This document shows positions 14,826 through 27,858 of a DNA stretch of 64,000 bases, piece by piece. This DNA comes from Nannocystis bainbridge (lineage in GTDB: Bacteria > Myxococcota_A > Polyangia > Nannocystales > Nannocystaceae), in the NCBI RefSeq assembly GCF_028368995.1, contig NZ_JAQNDL010000003.1:1184001-1248000 (forward strand). Reading direction: 5' to 3'. A model generated the notes under the pieces. It saw only the letters and a list, made by a program, of their open reading frames with translations, searched no databases and was not told where the DNA came from. A program made the translations under genes and the position numbers. Every line of letters begins with the position of its first letter. The stretch's first letter is position 1.

Positions 14826-15290
14826 TCAGCGCCTCCGGCCCACCCACAGCGCGAGGCCGAGCGAGGGCAAGGCCAGCAGATCGCTCGGATCTCGCACCAG
14901 CGCGACAGGCCCGAGCGCCGGCAGCCCCCTGCCCAGCGCCAGCGCCAGCCCTGCGTCGAGCGGCAGCCGCACCAGCCCCATGGCCCACGCCACGGCGATG
15001 TTCGCCGGCGGCCAGGTCTTGGCCAGCGCAAAGACCAGGCCCGTGAGCACCGCCAGCGCCCGCAGCCTCCGCGGCGAGGGCCCGCGGTAGCGCCCCGCCT
15101 GGCGCAGCCCGAGCTCGATCCATGCGTCGAGCAGCAGCGGCGTGAAGATCAGCCCGGCGAAATCGGACAGCTTGCCCGTCGCAAAGCCTGGGTACGCACG
15201 CTTCGCCCAGTGATCGTTGAGCAGCAACACCGCGACCGAGGCGAGCGCCGCGGGATGCAGCAACCCCTCGCCCGCTCGCCCCAGCCTCAC
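14826..15290 (-). CDS. Conserved hypothetical membrane protein
   Basis: LLLNDHWAK..TGKLSDFAGL motif; hydrophobic segments; GTGA overlap with the upstream gene. Confidence 0.8.
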   Translation of the reverse strand: MRLGRAGEGLLHPAALASVAVLLLNDHWAKRAYPGFATGKLSDFAGLIFTPLLLDAWIELGLRQAGRYRGPSPRRLRALAVLTGLVFALAKTWPPANIAVAWAMGLVRLPLDAGLALALGRGLPALGPVALVRDPSDLLALPSLGLALWVGRRR

Positions 15291-15862
15291 GGCGTGGGAT
15301 CCACGCGCACCGTGATCCCCGCCCCCGGAGGCACGACAGTGCCGTCGCCCCTCAGCCACGCAGACACCGTCGGCTCGACACGTACTGTGCCGCCGACCCC
15401 CTCGGCGCTCAGCGTGAAGCGCAGCTCGCAGGGACCTTCCGGTGGACACTTGGGCGAGTAAACCGTGGTGCTCACGGACACCTGATCGGTGGGCCCCGTG
15501 GACGACGCCGGCGCATCGGCGGCTTGCCCCGCCGGCGACTGGAGCGACAGGCGTACCTGCCCCGCGCCGCCTGATGTCGGCGTTTTTGTCGTCACGCGGA
15601 CCGTCACCAGCCAGTCGGAGATCGACTCACCCGGCGCCGTCGCATGCGCCACCGCAACCACGATGTTCGCCGACTTGCTCGACGATGGCGCCACCTCCAT
15701 CGGCGCCCCGGTGGCCGATGAATCCAGGTGCCAGCGCGGCTTCGATGTCGCCATGACCGACACGGAGGCGACCAGCAGCGCCGCGAACGTGGCCAGCTGG
15801 CGTGCCCTCGAAGGCCGCGCACGGCCAGTCTCCGCCTCGCACGGTGTCGCTGCGGTGTTCAT
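15287..15862 (-). CDS. Secreted hypothetical protein
   Basis: Signal-like LATFAALLVASVSVMATS; beta-rich body; coupled to the downstream membrane protein. Confidence 0.7.
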   Translation of the reverse strand: MNTAATPCEAETGRARPSRARQLATFAALLVASVSVMATSKPRWHLDSSATGAPMEVAPSSSKSANIVVAVAHATAPGESISDWLVTVRVTTKTPTSGGAGQVRLSLQSPAGQAADAPASSTGPTDQVSVSTTVYSPKCPPEGPCELRFTLSAEGVGGTVRVEPTVSAWLRGDGTVVPPGAGITVRVDPTP

Positions 15863-15877
15863 CTCGGCCACGATACC

Positions 15878-16027
15878 TCAGCGCCGCCGGCCCACCCACA
15901 GCGCGAGTCCGAGCGAGTGCTTGATGTCGGCCTCGACGGAACCGACGATCTGGAAGGTCTGCTCCTCACCAGTGTCGTCATGGCCGAGCTTCACCGTTGC
16001 GCCGAACTGGCTCTTCCTCCCGGACAT
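15878..16027 (-). pseudogene. Chimeric relic: GreA/GreB C-terminal fragment fused to the tail of a paralog of 14826-15290
   Basis: Translates to ..[31 protein letters not shown]+[12 protein letters not shown]. Confidence 0.75.
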
Positions 16028-16288
16028 GAGCCAGCCTTAGCAGGCTTCGAGCGTCGCCTCAACCCGCCAGCGCTCGCTCGCGGGCGTTGTGCTCCTCGAT
16101 CTCGCGCCGCTTCTGCGGGAAGGCGTCGCGCTCGGCCCCGACGTGATCACTCGTGCCCGTCGCCGAAGACAGCGCGTCCGTCGAGGTCGAGGTACAGGCC
16201 CGTCCGCGGGTCGCCGAGCCGCCGCGCTCTCGACCAGTCTTCGCGGGTGCCCTTGCGGACGAACGCGCCGGTGAGCTCGCGGTGGGAC

Positions 16289-16370
16289 GGCGGGGCGATC
16301 GACGCCCACACGGACGTGTTCGCGTTCTGCGTCACCGCGTGGGAGAGCTCCCACGGCGAGCGCCCCGATT
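16289..16370 (+). pseudogene. Ser/Thr kinase subdomain IX fragment
   Basis: IDAHTDVFAFCVTAWESSHGERP; compare [22 protein letters not shown] in the kinase at 24263. Confidence 0.65.
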
Positions 16371-16469
16371 TTGTCACGCTCTCGGCAGTTCGAGACAACC
16401 CCTCGACTTCGGGCTCGCAGGGGGTCCAGGACGCCCCCCGCTGCGGGAGCGTCGGCCTGCCGCGGACTA

Positions 16470-17204
16470 TCACGGGCACTTCGGCGCGAGGAAGCGGGCC
16501 TCGACCCCGTCATCGGGATCCACGAGCGCGCCGGCGATGCAAGTCTCGCTGACCGCGTAGATCGTCACCGTCCCCCCGGGCGCAAATCCGCCGGAGCCAC
16601 CATTCGCGCAATCGCGGTCCCACACGGCGGAGACGCCTTCCATCGTGATGTCTTCGCCGTCGACATACTCTCCGGCGACGATCGGCCCCGGGAACTCGGC
16701 GTCGACGAGGAAGCCGCTGGTGCATCTCGTCCCGAAGCTGTCGGGCGAGATGTCATCGCACAGGAATTCCTCGGCGTCGGTCAGCCGAATCGACATCGGC
16801 CCGGTCCAGCGGGCGCCCTCGACCTTGGCGGGCGCCTCCGGCGGGAACTCGAGGCCCTGACAATTTTCCTCGACCGGATCGGGCCCGCCGGTGGTCGTCG
16901 TGGTGTCGTCCTCCGTCGTGGTGCCGGGTGAGCTGTCCGTCCCGGTCGGGTCGCCCGCCGTGGTCGTCCCGGGCTCCTCCGTGGTGCTCGTCCCGGGGCC
17001 CTCCGTGGTGCTCGTCCCGGGGCCCTCCGTGGTCGTCGGGTCGTCGCTCGTGCCCGTCGAGGTGCTCGTCGCGCCGCCGGTGTCCGAGCCGGTCGAGCCG
17101 GTCGAGCCGGTCGTCGCGGTCTCGCCGGGGGAGCCGGGCGTGCAGCCGGCGGTGAGGGTGAACGTCAGGAACCAGGGTGTAAGTGAAATGAATTCGTGGC
17201 GCAT
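16470..17204 (-). CDS. Thr-rich lipoprotein
   Basis: Lipobox TAGC; TTEGPGTS tandem repeats; Cys-containing C-terminal domain. Confidence 0.8.
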   Translation of the reverse strand: MRHEFISLTPWFLTFTLTAGCTPGSPGETATTGSTGSTGSDTGGATSTSTGTSDDPTTTEGPGTSTTEGPGTSTTEEPGTTTAGDPTGTDSSPGTTTEDDTTTTTGGPDPVEENCQGLEFPPEAPAKVEGARWTGPMSIRLTDAEEFLCDDISPDSFGTRCTSGFLVDAEFPGPIVAGEYVDGEDITMEGVSAVWDRDCANGGSGGFAPGGTVTIYAVSETCIAGALVDPDDGVEARFLAPKCP

Positions 17205-17536
17205 GGTGACTCGCGTCCGCGACAATGTGCCCGGGTTGCGTCGCCTCTGTCTGGGGGTCCGAGAGGAAATTCGACGCGCCGTCGGCCTCGCAGAGCGCGC
17301 ACGTGGAGCGCCAGCGCGCCCCCGGGCGGTCACGCAGCGGCCTTCGCCTCGCGCACGATCGTCGGCACCTCGGCGGGCACCCCACGCTCGGGTGCTGTCG
17401 ACCTCGCTTGGGGGCTCATGCGTGGTTGCGGCCGCGAGCGCCGTTCAGATAAAGGCTCTCCCGCGCGCTCTTTTGCCGCGACCGCGGGCCCGGGCTCCGT
17501 CTGGTCCGCGAACCCCTCCGAAGAAGAAACCTTCTC

Positions 17537-18451
17537 ATGCGAATCAATTTCCTCTCGTCGCTCGCCCTCTCCTCCATCAGCTTCCTGCCGGCCTGCGGCG
17601 TCGACGGCGGCGGCTCCGACTCCGGCACCCAGGGTGAAAGCAGCGGGACGGTCGGCGCATCCACGACGGGGCCGCAGACCGACCCGGGCACGGACACGAC
17701 GGTGACGCCGACGACCGGGATCACCGACGGAGCCAGCGACACACAGGATACCGACGGTACGGCGTCGCTGTCGGCCACGGGGACGGGCGCTCCGACGAGC
17801 TCCTCGTCGACGACCGACGAGACCTCCGGGACGAGTGACGACACGTCGAGCTCGACCGAGGCGAGCTCGACCGAGGCGAGCACTTCGACGACCGACGATA
17901 CGACCGGGACCACCGCGGACAGCGAGACGACGACCACGAGCGAGAGCACGGGTGACACCGATCCGGGCGCGGAGGTCCTGATGAACCCGTTCGACCTGGC
18001 GCCCGGGATGAACACGTACGTCGGCGGACTGAACGACGAGAACTGGACCACCGAGTTCGCGCAGCCGAACGCGGGGAGGACGTTCTTCGCCTCGGGGAAC
18101 GGCAACCAGATGGGGTCGTTCGTCGGCCTCGGGCTCACGAAGGACCTCGGCGGGGTGGTCGAGGACACCACGTACGAGGTGTCGTTCTTCGTCACGATGG
18201 ACCTTGCGGGCTTCTCGGGGATCGAGCTGGCGGACTTCTCGACGCTGCGGATCGGCGGGCCGGCAGGGATGGTCGAGTGGACCAGCACGCCGACGCCGAC
18301 CGTCGAGGACGAATGGGTGCAGTGGACCGGTACGTATACGCCGGCGCCGGCGGACCTCGGCGGGCCGTTCATCTTCGAGATGGTGTTCGACCTCGACGCG
18401 CAGCACTCGGTGGGGTTCGACGGGGTGGTCTCGGCGGTGCCGCTGCCCTGA
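17537..18451 (+). CDS. Thr/Ser-rich lipoprotein with a C-terminal beta-sandwich-like domain
   Basis: Lipobox LPAC; low-complexity stalk; aromatic-rich C-terminal domain. Confidence 0.8.
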   Translation: MRINFLSSLALSSISFLPACGVDGGGSDSGTQGESSGTVGASTTGPQTDPGTDTTVTPTTGITDGASDTQDTDGTASLSATGTGAPTSSSSTTDETSGTSDDTSSSTEASSTEASTSTTDDTTGTTADSETTTTSESTGDTDPGAEVLMNPFDLAPGMNTYVGGLNDENWTTEFAQPNAGRTFFASGNGNQMGSFVGLGLTKDLGGVVEDTTYEVSFFVTMDLAGFSGIELADFSTLRIGGPAGMVEWTSTPTPTVEDEWVQWTGTYTPAPADLGGPFIFEMVFDLDAQHSVGFDGVVSAVPLP

Positions 18452-18473
18452 AAGCGGGCGCGGGGCAATACGC

Positions 18474-19541
18474 TTATTCCACCGTAAAACGATGAATCAT
18501 CGTATGTGAGTAGAGCCTGCCGGGCACCAGGATCACGCTGTCTCTCCAGGCAGGCACATGAATGGAGTTGGGGAACCGCTGCGACTCGAGGCAAAAGGCC
18601 GAGTGCCGGACGTGCGGCGAGCCCTTCCCACGGGTCGAGCCGTCCAGGAAGTTTCCCGTATAAAACTGCACCCCGGGCTGATCGGACTCGAGCGCCATCA
18701 CTCTGCCGGTCCCCGGGTCTCGCACGCGCGCCACCGGCCGTAGCGAAAAGGCGGCACCGTCGACGACGAAGTTGTCGTCAAAGCCACCGGGGCCGTACCC
18801 GGTGGGCTGAAGGCGCGGTCCGATCGGCTGGGCCGTGGTGAAATCGAAGCGGGTCCCGGCGACGGGCTCGACCGCCCCTGCGGGCGGCAGGCCCGGCGTA
18901 TACGCCTTCGCGTGCAAGGTCAGCTCGTGGCCTGCGATGCTGCTGGACCCCGGACCCCCGAGATTCCAGTACGTGTGGTGCGCCATGTTGACGAGGGTCG
19001 TCCTGTCCGTCATGGCCCGCATCTCGACGCGAAACTCGTCGGCGTCGGTCAATGAATAGAGGACCGTCGCCTGCACGCGCCCGGGGTACCCTTCTTCTCC
19101 GTCCGCCGATGTGTAGCTCAGCTTGATGGAAGGGCCGCGCTCGGAGCTGTCCGCCTCGGCATTCCACACGACCTTGTCCCACCCTCGTCTGCCGCCGTGG
19201 AGGTGACTGCCGGTGGCAGGGTCGTTCAGCGCCAACGCGTAGCGCTGGCCCTCCAGCTCGAACGTACCGCCCTTGATGCGATTGGCGACGCGCCCGATGG
19301 TCGCTCCGAAGTAAGGGGTATTCTCGAGGTAGCCCTGGAGGTCGTCGAAGCCACGCACGACATCGGCGAGTTCGCCGTCGCGCCCGCGCACCAGCAGCTC
19401 GGTGACGATCGCTCCGTAATTGATGACCTTCAGGACGGCGCCGTTCCTGTTGGTGAGGGTGTAGAGCGCCACCTCTGCGCCATGGAGCTGCCCGAAATGC
19501 GATCTCGTGATTCGGGCGGGGGGAGTGAAAGCTTCGACCAT
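18474..19541 (-). CDS. galM: Aldose 1-epimerase (galactose mutarotase)
   Basis: YFGATIGRVANRI, HLHGG, EEGYPG, HHTYWNL, FDDNF, QFYTGNFL, FCLESQRFP. Confidence 0.93.
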   Translation of the reverse strand: MVEAFTPPARITRSHFGQLHGAEVALYTLTNRNGAVLKVINYGAIVTELLVRGRDGELADVVRGFDDLQGYLENTPYFGATIGRVANRIKGGTFELEGQRYALALNDPATGSHLHGGRRGWDKVVWNAEADSSERGPSIKLSYTSADGEEGYPGRVQATVLYSLTDADEFRVEMRAMTDRTTLVNMAHHTYWNLGGPGSSSIAGHELTLHAKAYTPGLPPAGAVEPVAGTRFDFTTAQPIGPRLQPTGYGPGGFDDNFVVDGAAFSLRPVARVRDPGTGRVMALESDQPGVQFYTGNFLDGSTRGKGSPHVRHSAFCLESQRFPNSIHVPAWRDSVILVPGRLYSHTMIHRFTVE

Positions 19542-19800
19542 GGCGGGGCTCCTGACCGCGATTCTGGCGACCTGAGGTTTCGGGATGAGGGGTAGTCGAC
19601 GATGCCCTGCCAGCGACCGGCTTCGAGCGCCATGTCTTCGGCCCGTCGCTCTGGCGGCTCGGGTCGTCGCAGGCGCGCGACGGTTCGTCGGTTACGCATG
19701 GCGGCTCGCACCCCGGGATGCGAGATCAGGCATGTTCTACCCGCCATTTCGCAGAGACCCCCAGCCGCTCGCCGGCTCGCCTCGCTCTCCGGCTGCCACC

Positions 19801-20286
19801 ATGACCACGACGCTGATCTCGAGCAGGCGCTGGTTCGTGACGCAGTCAGGCATGGTCGCGGCCGTCTTCGTCTTGCCGGGGTGCAACGAGGAGGGTTCTC
19901 CCGCGTCCTCGAACCCGGTCAACGACGCGTGGGAGGCCAGGGCGATGGAGCTCGAAGCGACGGGTCAGGGCATCTACACGGCGGACGACGAGCTGGACCT
20001 GCCGGGCAAGGGGGAGACGCATCTCCCGCGAGTGGCGGTGTCCGGAAAGACGGTCACGGCGTCGACGACCCACGTGATGTCGGTCGAGGCCGATCACTTC
20101 ATCCAGTATCACTATGTCCGCGACCAGGCGGACGTGATCTTCGCGCTGCGAGAGTACGTACTGGGCGAGGACCTCGCCGCGACCATGACATTCGCTATCC
20201 CCGAGGGCACGACGAGGTTCACCGTCTATCAATACTGCAACCTGCACTGGACATGGATGGCCGCGGAACAAACTGCTTCGACCTGA
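19801..20286 (+). CDS. Tat-exported superoxide reductase / desulfoferrodoxin-like lipoprotein
   Basis: SRRWF twin-arginine signal, LPGC lipobox, ETHLP..HVM..HFI..YCNLH iron-ligand pattern. Confidence 0.8.
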   Translation: MTTTLISSRRWFVTQSGMVAAVFVLPGCNEEGSPASSNPVNDAWEARAMELEATGQGIYTADDELDLPGKGETHLPRVAVSGKTVTASTTHVMSVEADHFIQYHYVRDQADVIFALREYVLGEDLAATMTFAIPEGTTRFTVYQYCNLHWTWMAAEQTAST

Positions 20287-20329
20287 GCGCGGTCGGCCGT
20301 CCAGCAGGCTCCACCGCGCCTCGCCCTCG

Positions 20330-20400
20330 GTCGTCGACTCGAAGCCGAGGCCGATGGCCGACACCGCGAGGCCGCTATCGCCGAGGTTCCACGTCTGCAT
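20330..20400 (-). pseudogene. Aldo/keto reductase 5' fragment
   Basis: MQTWNLGDSGLAVSAIGLG with an AAGGAG RBS; homology is then lost. Confidence 0.7.
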
Positions 20401-20425
20401 CTCGTGCTCCTTCAGGGTGAGACGA

Positions 20426-20750
20426 TCAGGGCGTCACCAGCACCTTGATCGCCTCGCGCCGGTCCATAGCCGTCGAGGCCGATGGAGCGATCGAACACGC
20501 GCCCGGGATCGATCTTGCCCTCGAGGACCTCGGGCAGGAGCTCGCCGATGTACGCGCGCACCGGAGCCGGGCCGTGACCCATGCTCTGCCCGGTCTCGCT
20601 CGGGGCCATGTCGTGGTACGGCCACCGGTCGCTGCCGCAGATGCAAGCGCGGACCACCCGGACGATCGCGTCGGTCGGCTCAAGGATGGTGGGATCGGGG
20701 ACGTTCTCGACGCGCACGTCGCCGGCGCCGTACATGTTGGTCGCACGCAT
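20426..20750 (-). pseudogene. Zn-dependent alcohol dehydrogenase with large internal deletions
   Basis: N-terminus (ACICGSD..MGH) joined directly to C-terminus (GPAPVRAY..IDPGRVFD..AMDRREAIKVLV), with a frameshift. Confidence 0.85.
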
Positions 20751-20964
20751 GGGTCGCTCCCTCGGGTTCTCCGCGACGGCTCGCCTCGGTCGCAGCCTGT
20801 GCCGGAGCGCAGAGACAGTGGGCCCGATCGACGTCACCGGCCAGCCGCCGCGCGACGGGTGGCCCTCCCAGCGCTGATCGGCGACGGACCCGGGCTTGCG
20901 AGCGGCCGGGCAGTGCGGGTGGTCCGCCGGATGGGCCGAGCGAGCGACACCGCGAACCCGCGGT

Positions 20965-22332
20965 TCACTCGAGGTCGACGAGGCGCAGGTCGTAGCGCGG
21001 GTCGACGCCCGACGGCGCCGAGAATTGCGCCTCCCACGTCGCGAACTCGGGGCACTGCATCACCACCTCGAGGTTCGCGTCGAGCACGACGTCGTAATAA
21101 TCGAGGTACGTCTCGCTGACCCCGCCGGCCGCGCGGAAGTGCAGCAGCGACGCCGCGGCCACCAGCGTCTCCTCGAGCTCGAAGCGCGCGCACGCCTGCA
21201 TGTCGCCGCGGCGGAAGTAGAGGTCGTTCATCGCCGCGTCCACGCTGTTGAGCCGGTCGACATAGCGGTGCAGCAGCTCGTGCACCAGCGTCTCGGCCAC
21301 GCCCTCGCGCATGTAGCGGAGGAAGTTCTCGTCGTCGCCGGGCTTGTCGTAGATCGGCCGGCTGCCGATCTGGTCCGATGACCCGAGGATCGTCTCGCGG
21401 TCGATCGAGATCGCCGGCACGTTGCTGTACAGGTCGAGGCCCTGATCCACGGTCGGCGCCGCGTCGAGCACGGTGATCCCGGCCGCGATGTAGAGCGGCG
21501 TGGTGTCGAACGAGATCACCACGCTGCGCGCCCGGTTCTTCCACGCCAGGCCGTCGAGCGCCGGATCCGCCGGGAACTCCGCCATGTCGACCAGCAGCGC
21601 CTGGTAGGTCGCCGGGTGATCGGTGCGCAGCAGCTCGAGCGCGCGCACGGTGAAGAACACCTCGAGCTGGTCGCGCGCCTCGTCCTGCTCGGTCATCACA
21701 TAGACCGCGTCCCCGTAGCGATAGACGTGCCGCTCGCCGTCGAGCCAGGCGATGTTCGCCGGCGAGATCACGTCGTCGGTCGTGAACGCCCCCGTGGCGT
21801 TCGGGTGCAGGTAGCCGAGGTACTCGAGCGGCACCCCGTCGAGCGTGAACTCGTCGCACAGGAGGCTGGTCTCGCCCGGCCCCGGCTGCTCATCGGCGCC
21901 GCAGCTCAGCAGCTCGCACTCGATCCAGCGCAGGTCGTGCTCGGCGAGCGCGTCGGCGGCGACCTCGGGCACGACCCAGGTCGGCTCGCACACCCCCGCC
22001 CCGGTGTCCCCGGTGCTCGTCCCCTCGGTGCCCGTCGTGCTCGTGTCTGCCGTCGTGCCCGCGCTCGCATCACCCGTGCTGCTGGTGCTCGTGTCCGCCG
22101 TCGTGCCCGTGCTCGCGTCCATCGTCGTGCCCGTGCTCGCCTCCGTCGTCGTGCCCGACGGCTCGACGGTCGTGGTCGGCCCGGGCTCGCTCGTGGTCGT
22201 CGCGTCGCTCGTCGAATGGGTGCCGGCCGAGCCGTCGGAGTCGGTCTGCCCGGCCGGACCGCCGCAGCCCGGCGCCACCGCGAGCGCGACCGTGAGACCG
22301 AGGGATGAAAGGGAGCGCTGTGAAGTCTGCAT
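20965..22332 (-). CDS. Lipoprotein with a putative zinc metallopeptidase (HExxH) domain
   Basis: Lipobox APGC, Thr-rich stalk, LVHELLH and a downstream EE. Confidence 0.75.
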   Translation of the reverse strand: MQTSQRSLSSLGLTVALAVAPGCGGPAGQTDSDGSAGTHSTSDATTTSEPGPTTTVEPSGTTTEASTGTTMDASTGTTADTSTSSTGDASAGTTADTSTTGTEGTSTGDTGAGVCEPTWVVPEVAADALAEHDLRWIECELLSCGADEQPGPGETSLLCDEFTLDGVPLEYLGYLHPNATGAFTTDDVISPANIAWLDGERHVYRYGDAVYVMTEQDEARDQLEVFFTVRALELLRTDHPATYQALLVDMAEFPADPALDGLAWKNRARSVVISFDTTPLYIAAGITVLDAAPTVDQGLDLYSNVPAISIDRETILGSSDQIGSRPIYDKPGDDENFLRYMREGVAETLVHELLHRYVDRLNSVDAAMNDLYFRRGDMQACARFELEETLVAAASLLHFRAAGGVSETYLDYYDVVLDANLEVVMQCPEFATWEAQFSAPSGVDPRYDLRLVDLE

Positions 22333-22553
22333 GAATGGCGTCCTGCTGCCGGGGCCGTCGAAAGCTACACCGTCCCATCCGCCGGCGGAACGACCCTGCC
22401 GGGCCAGCGGTGGGGTCTCCGACCGACACGCACGCGCCGCCTCGAAGCCGTCGTTCGAGCGGATCGCCGCGACCGTGGCGACTGCATCGGACTGTGAGGC
22501 GAGGGATTTTCGGTCGCAGTTTCGCGGCGACTCGCGCGTATCATCGCCCCGCC

Positions 22554-23303
22554 ATGACCCGCAAACGCACAGCGATCGTCCTCGGAGGCTCCGGCTCGGT
22601 CGGAGCCGCCCTGCTCCGCGAGTTGTTCCACGACGAGGGCTTCGACGCCGTCATCACGTTGTCGCGCCGCTCGCTGCCCGAGGCCGTCGCGCTGGCTCGC
22701 ACCACCGGCCGCACGCTGGTGGAGAAGCTCGTGCCCGAGATGAAGCCCGCGGCCCTCGCCGCGGCGACCCTCGATGCAGCGAGCGCCGTCGAGGGCGAGC
22801 TCGAGGGATTCAGCGTGCTCGGCGTCGGCGCCGGCACCGGCAAGCTCACGCTCGAGCAGCATCGCGCGGTCGACGTGGCGCTGAACGAGGCGTTCGCGCG
22901 GGCCCTGCGAGACTCGGGCAAGGTCCAGCACCTCGCGTTCATGAGCGCCGCGGGTGCGGACGCGACCGCGAAGACCAGCGGCAGCGGTGCCGCCGGCATG
23001 GCGCGTTACAACCGGGTCAAGGGCGAGTCCGAGGCGGCCGTGAGCGCGAGCGGGCCGGCGCTGGTGAGCGTGTTCCGCCCGGCGATGATCATCGGCTCGC
23101 AGCACACGCCGTGGCTGCTCGAGAAGGCGCTGCCGCTGTTCTCGTTCGTGACGCCGGCGAAGTACCGATCGATCCGCGTCGAGCAGATCGCGCAAGCGAT
23201 GGTCGCGGCGGCGAAGCACCACCCGGCGACGAGCGCGACGTACCACTACCCCGAGATGATGGCGCTGATCGCCAGCGGGCAACGCCAGCCGCCCGCCACC
23301 TGA
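22554..23303 (+). CDS. NAD(P)-binding Rossmann protein (TIP30/YraR-like)
   Basis: VLGGSGSVG, YNRVKGESE, FRPAMIIG. Confidence 0.85.
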   Translation: MTRKRTAIVLGGSGSVGAALLRELFHDEGFDAVITLSRRSLPEAVALARTTGRTLVEKLVPEMKPAALAAATLDAASAVEGELEGFSVLGVGAGTGKLTLEQHRAVDVALNEAFARALRDSGKVQHLAFMSAAGADATAKTSGSGAAGMARYNRVKGESEAAVSASGPALVSVFRPAMIIGSQHTPWLLEKALPLFSFVTPAKYRSIRVEQIAQAMVAAAKHHPATSATYHYPEMMALIASGQRQPPAT

Positions 23304-23344
23304 CCTGCGCTCCGCTGCGACTCGTGTCCGTCGCGCGACGGCTC

Positions 23345-23496
23345 GACAACATCTCGGAGACCCTGGAGGACGTGGTTAGCTCTACAGCGATCACCTGCTG
23401 GCCAAGCTCCTGTCCCTCGATGGCGACATCGGCCCGCCCGAGGCCACGACCCGCCAACAGAAGAGCGACCTGGTCGCATTCTTGAAGCGCCTGTGA
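23345..23496 (+). pseudogene. Cytochrome c peroxidase-like C-terminal fragment
   Basis: DNISETLEDVV, then a frameshift, then YSDH..QQKSDLVAFLKRL*. Confidence 0.55.
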
Positions 23497-23868
23497 TGAA
23501 ATCGAAGTGACGATTCCGCCGGCTCCCGACGACACCAATGACGACACCCTCGGCCGCACGAACGGCGTACGGATCGACGGCGATCGCACGAGGCTGACGA
23601 TTCGCGGCGCCTGGCAGACCGTGCCCGCGTCGTCGTCGCCCGCGCTGCGATCGCCGACGTCCTCGTCGCCGCGCCGGTCCGCGGCCGTCGGGCCTTGTCG
23701 GGGACCACGATCGGGGCTGCCATGGCGCACCAGTCCGCACAGCGGTGCCCGTCCACCTTTCACCTACACGGCGGCATCGTGCGCAGTTCGCTGCGTGGGG
23801 GCTCGCGGCCGGATTGACGAATCGTAAATGTGTCGGCCTAATCGTCAGCTCGGTTCGGAGGTTTGGAC

Positions 23869-24262
23869 ATGCGCAAGTTGATCGTGATCGGTGTGTTTGC
23901 AGCGTGCGGGCTCGGGGTCGTCGAGACCGCGGTGGCCAATTACTTCTACCCGGGCAAGGTGATCATCGGCACCGGCATCGGTGGCGGCGGCGGCGGGACC
24001 ACGACGACGGGCAGTACGCTCGGTCAGGACGCCAACAAGATGGGCGGCGGCGAGCCCTGTACGGTCAAGCCGATCGCCTGTGAGTGCTTCACCGGCGTGC
24101 CGGTGCTGGAGGCCTGTGCCAAGAGCGGCGCCGACCTGCAGTGCTTGACGCCGAAGACCAAATACGACGCGATCGAGCAGCAGGGGCTGGTCGTCGTCGG
24201 CGACAAGACGATGACGCTCGGCGGGCTGGTCTGCGCCGGCAAGTCCGACGGGACCGCGTACG

Positions 24263-24276
<14 letters not shown>
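23869..24276 (+). CDS. Small secreted Cys-rich protein
   Basis: GGAGG RBS, signal peptide, six Cys in the mature part. Confidence 0.8.
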
Positions 24277-27157
<2,881 letters not shown>

Positions 27158-27858
27158 CGGCGCCTGTTCCAGGGTCACGGATGCCGACGAAGCGTGCAAG
27201 CAGGAGCCGGGCGTTCTCGAACTTCGGTGCGCAATCGTGCGACAACCGTGTCGCCGTTGCGCTGCGCACCGCCCCGACCCGCAGGCGGCCGCGGCGCAGC
27301 CAACGGCCGGGGGGCGCCACCGGCCGATGTCCCCCGGGACATGTCCGATCGTGCTGGGCGCGCCGCGCACCGAGGCTCGGCGCAGGCAGGGCTCGGGGGT
27401 CGGGGCGCCCCGGGACGGCGGCGGGGTCACGCCGACGGCCGCGCCGCCCGAAGATCATGACCTGTCCCGAAGAGTGCGTGCGACGATTCAGACATGTCAC
27501 TCCAATTGCTCGAAGCACCCGATGGTTGCAGTCTGGCAGTTCACTCCGCATGGAGAACCCAACGGTCCCCGGGGCGAGCAACGAGTCTCACCCTATCCAT
27601 GAGTGGTATGATTCCCCGACATTTCCAGCATCGCTGAAGCCCACGTCTCCCGAGGTCGAGCCCCGAGGTCGTCGCGTCGGCCGGCTGCCCGGCGGCACAG
27701 GCGAGGGCGCGGCGCGAGACACGCCCGCCACGGCGTCCCCGCGGCCGAGGCGCGCAGATGCGCACGATCTCGGGATATTTCGTACATTCAGGGCCGCAGT
27801 TTCTGGCGGAGCATTCGCCGGCGATCCGTTCGCCTTTGAGTGACGCAACCACCAGCAG

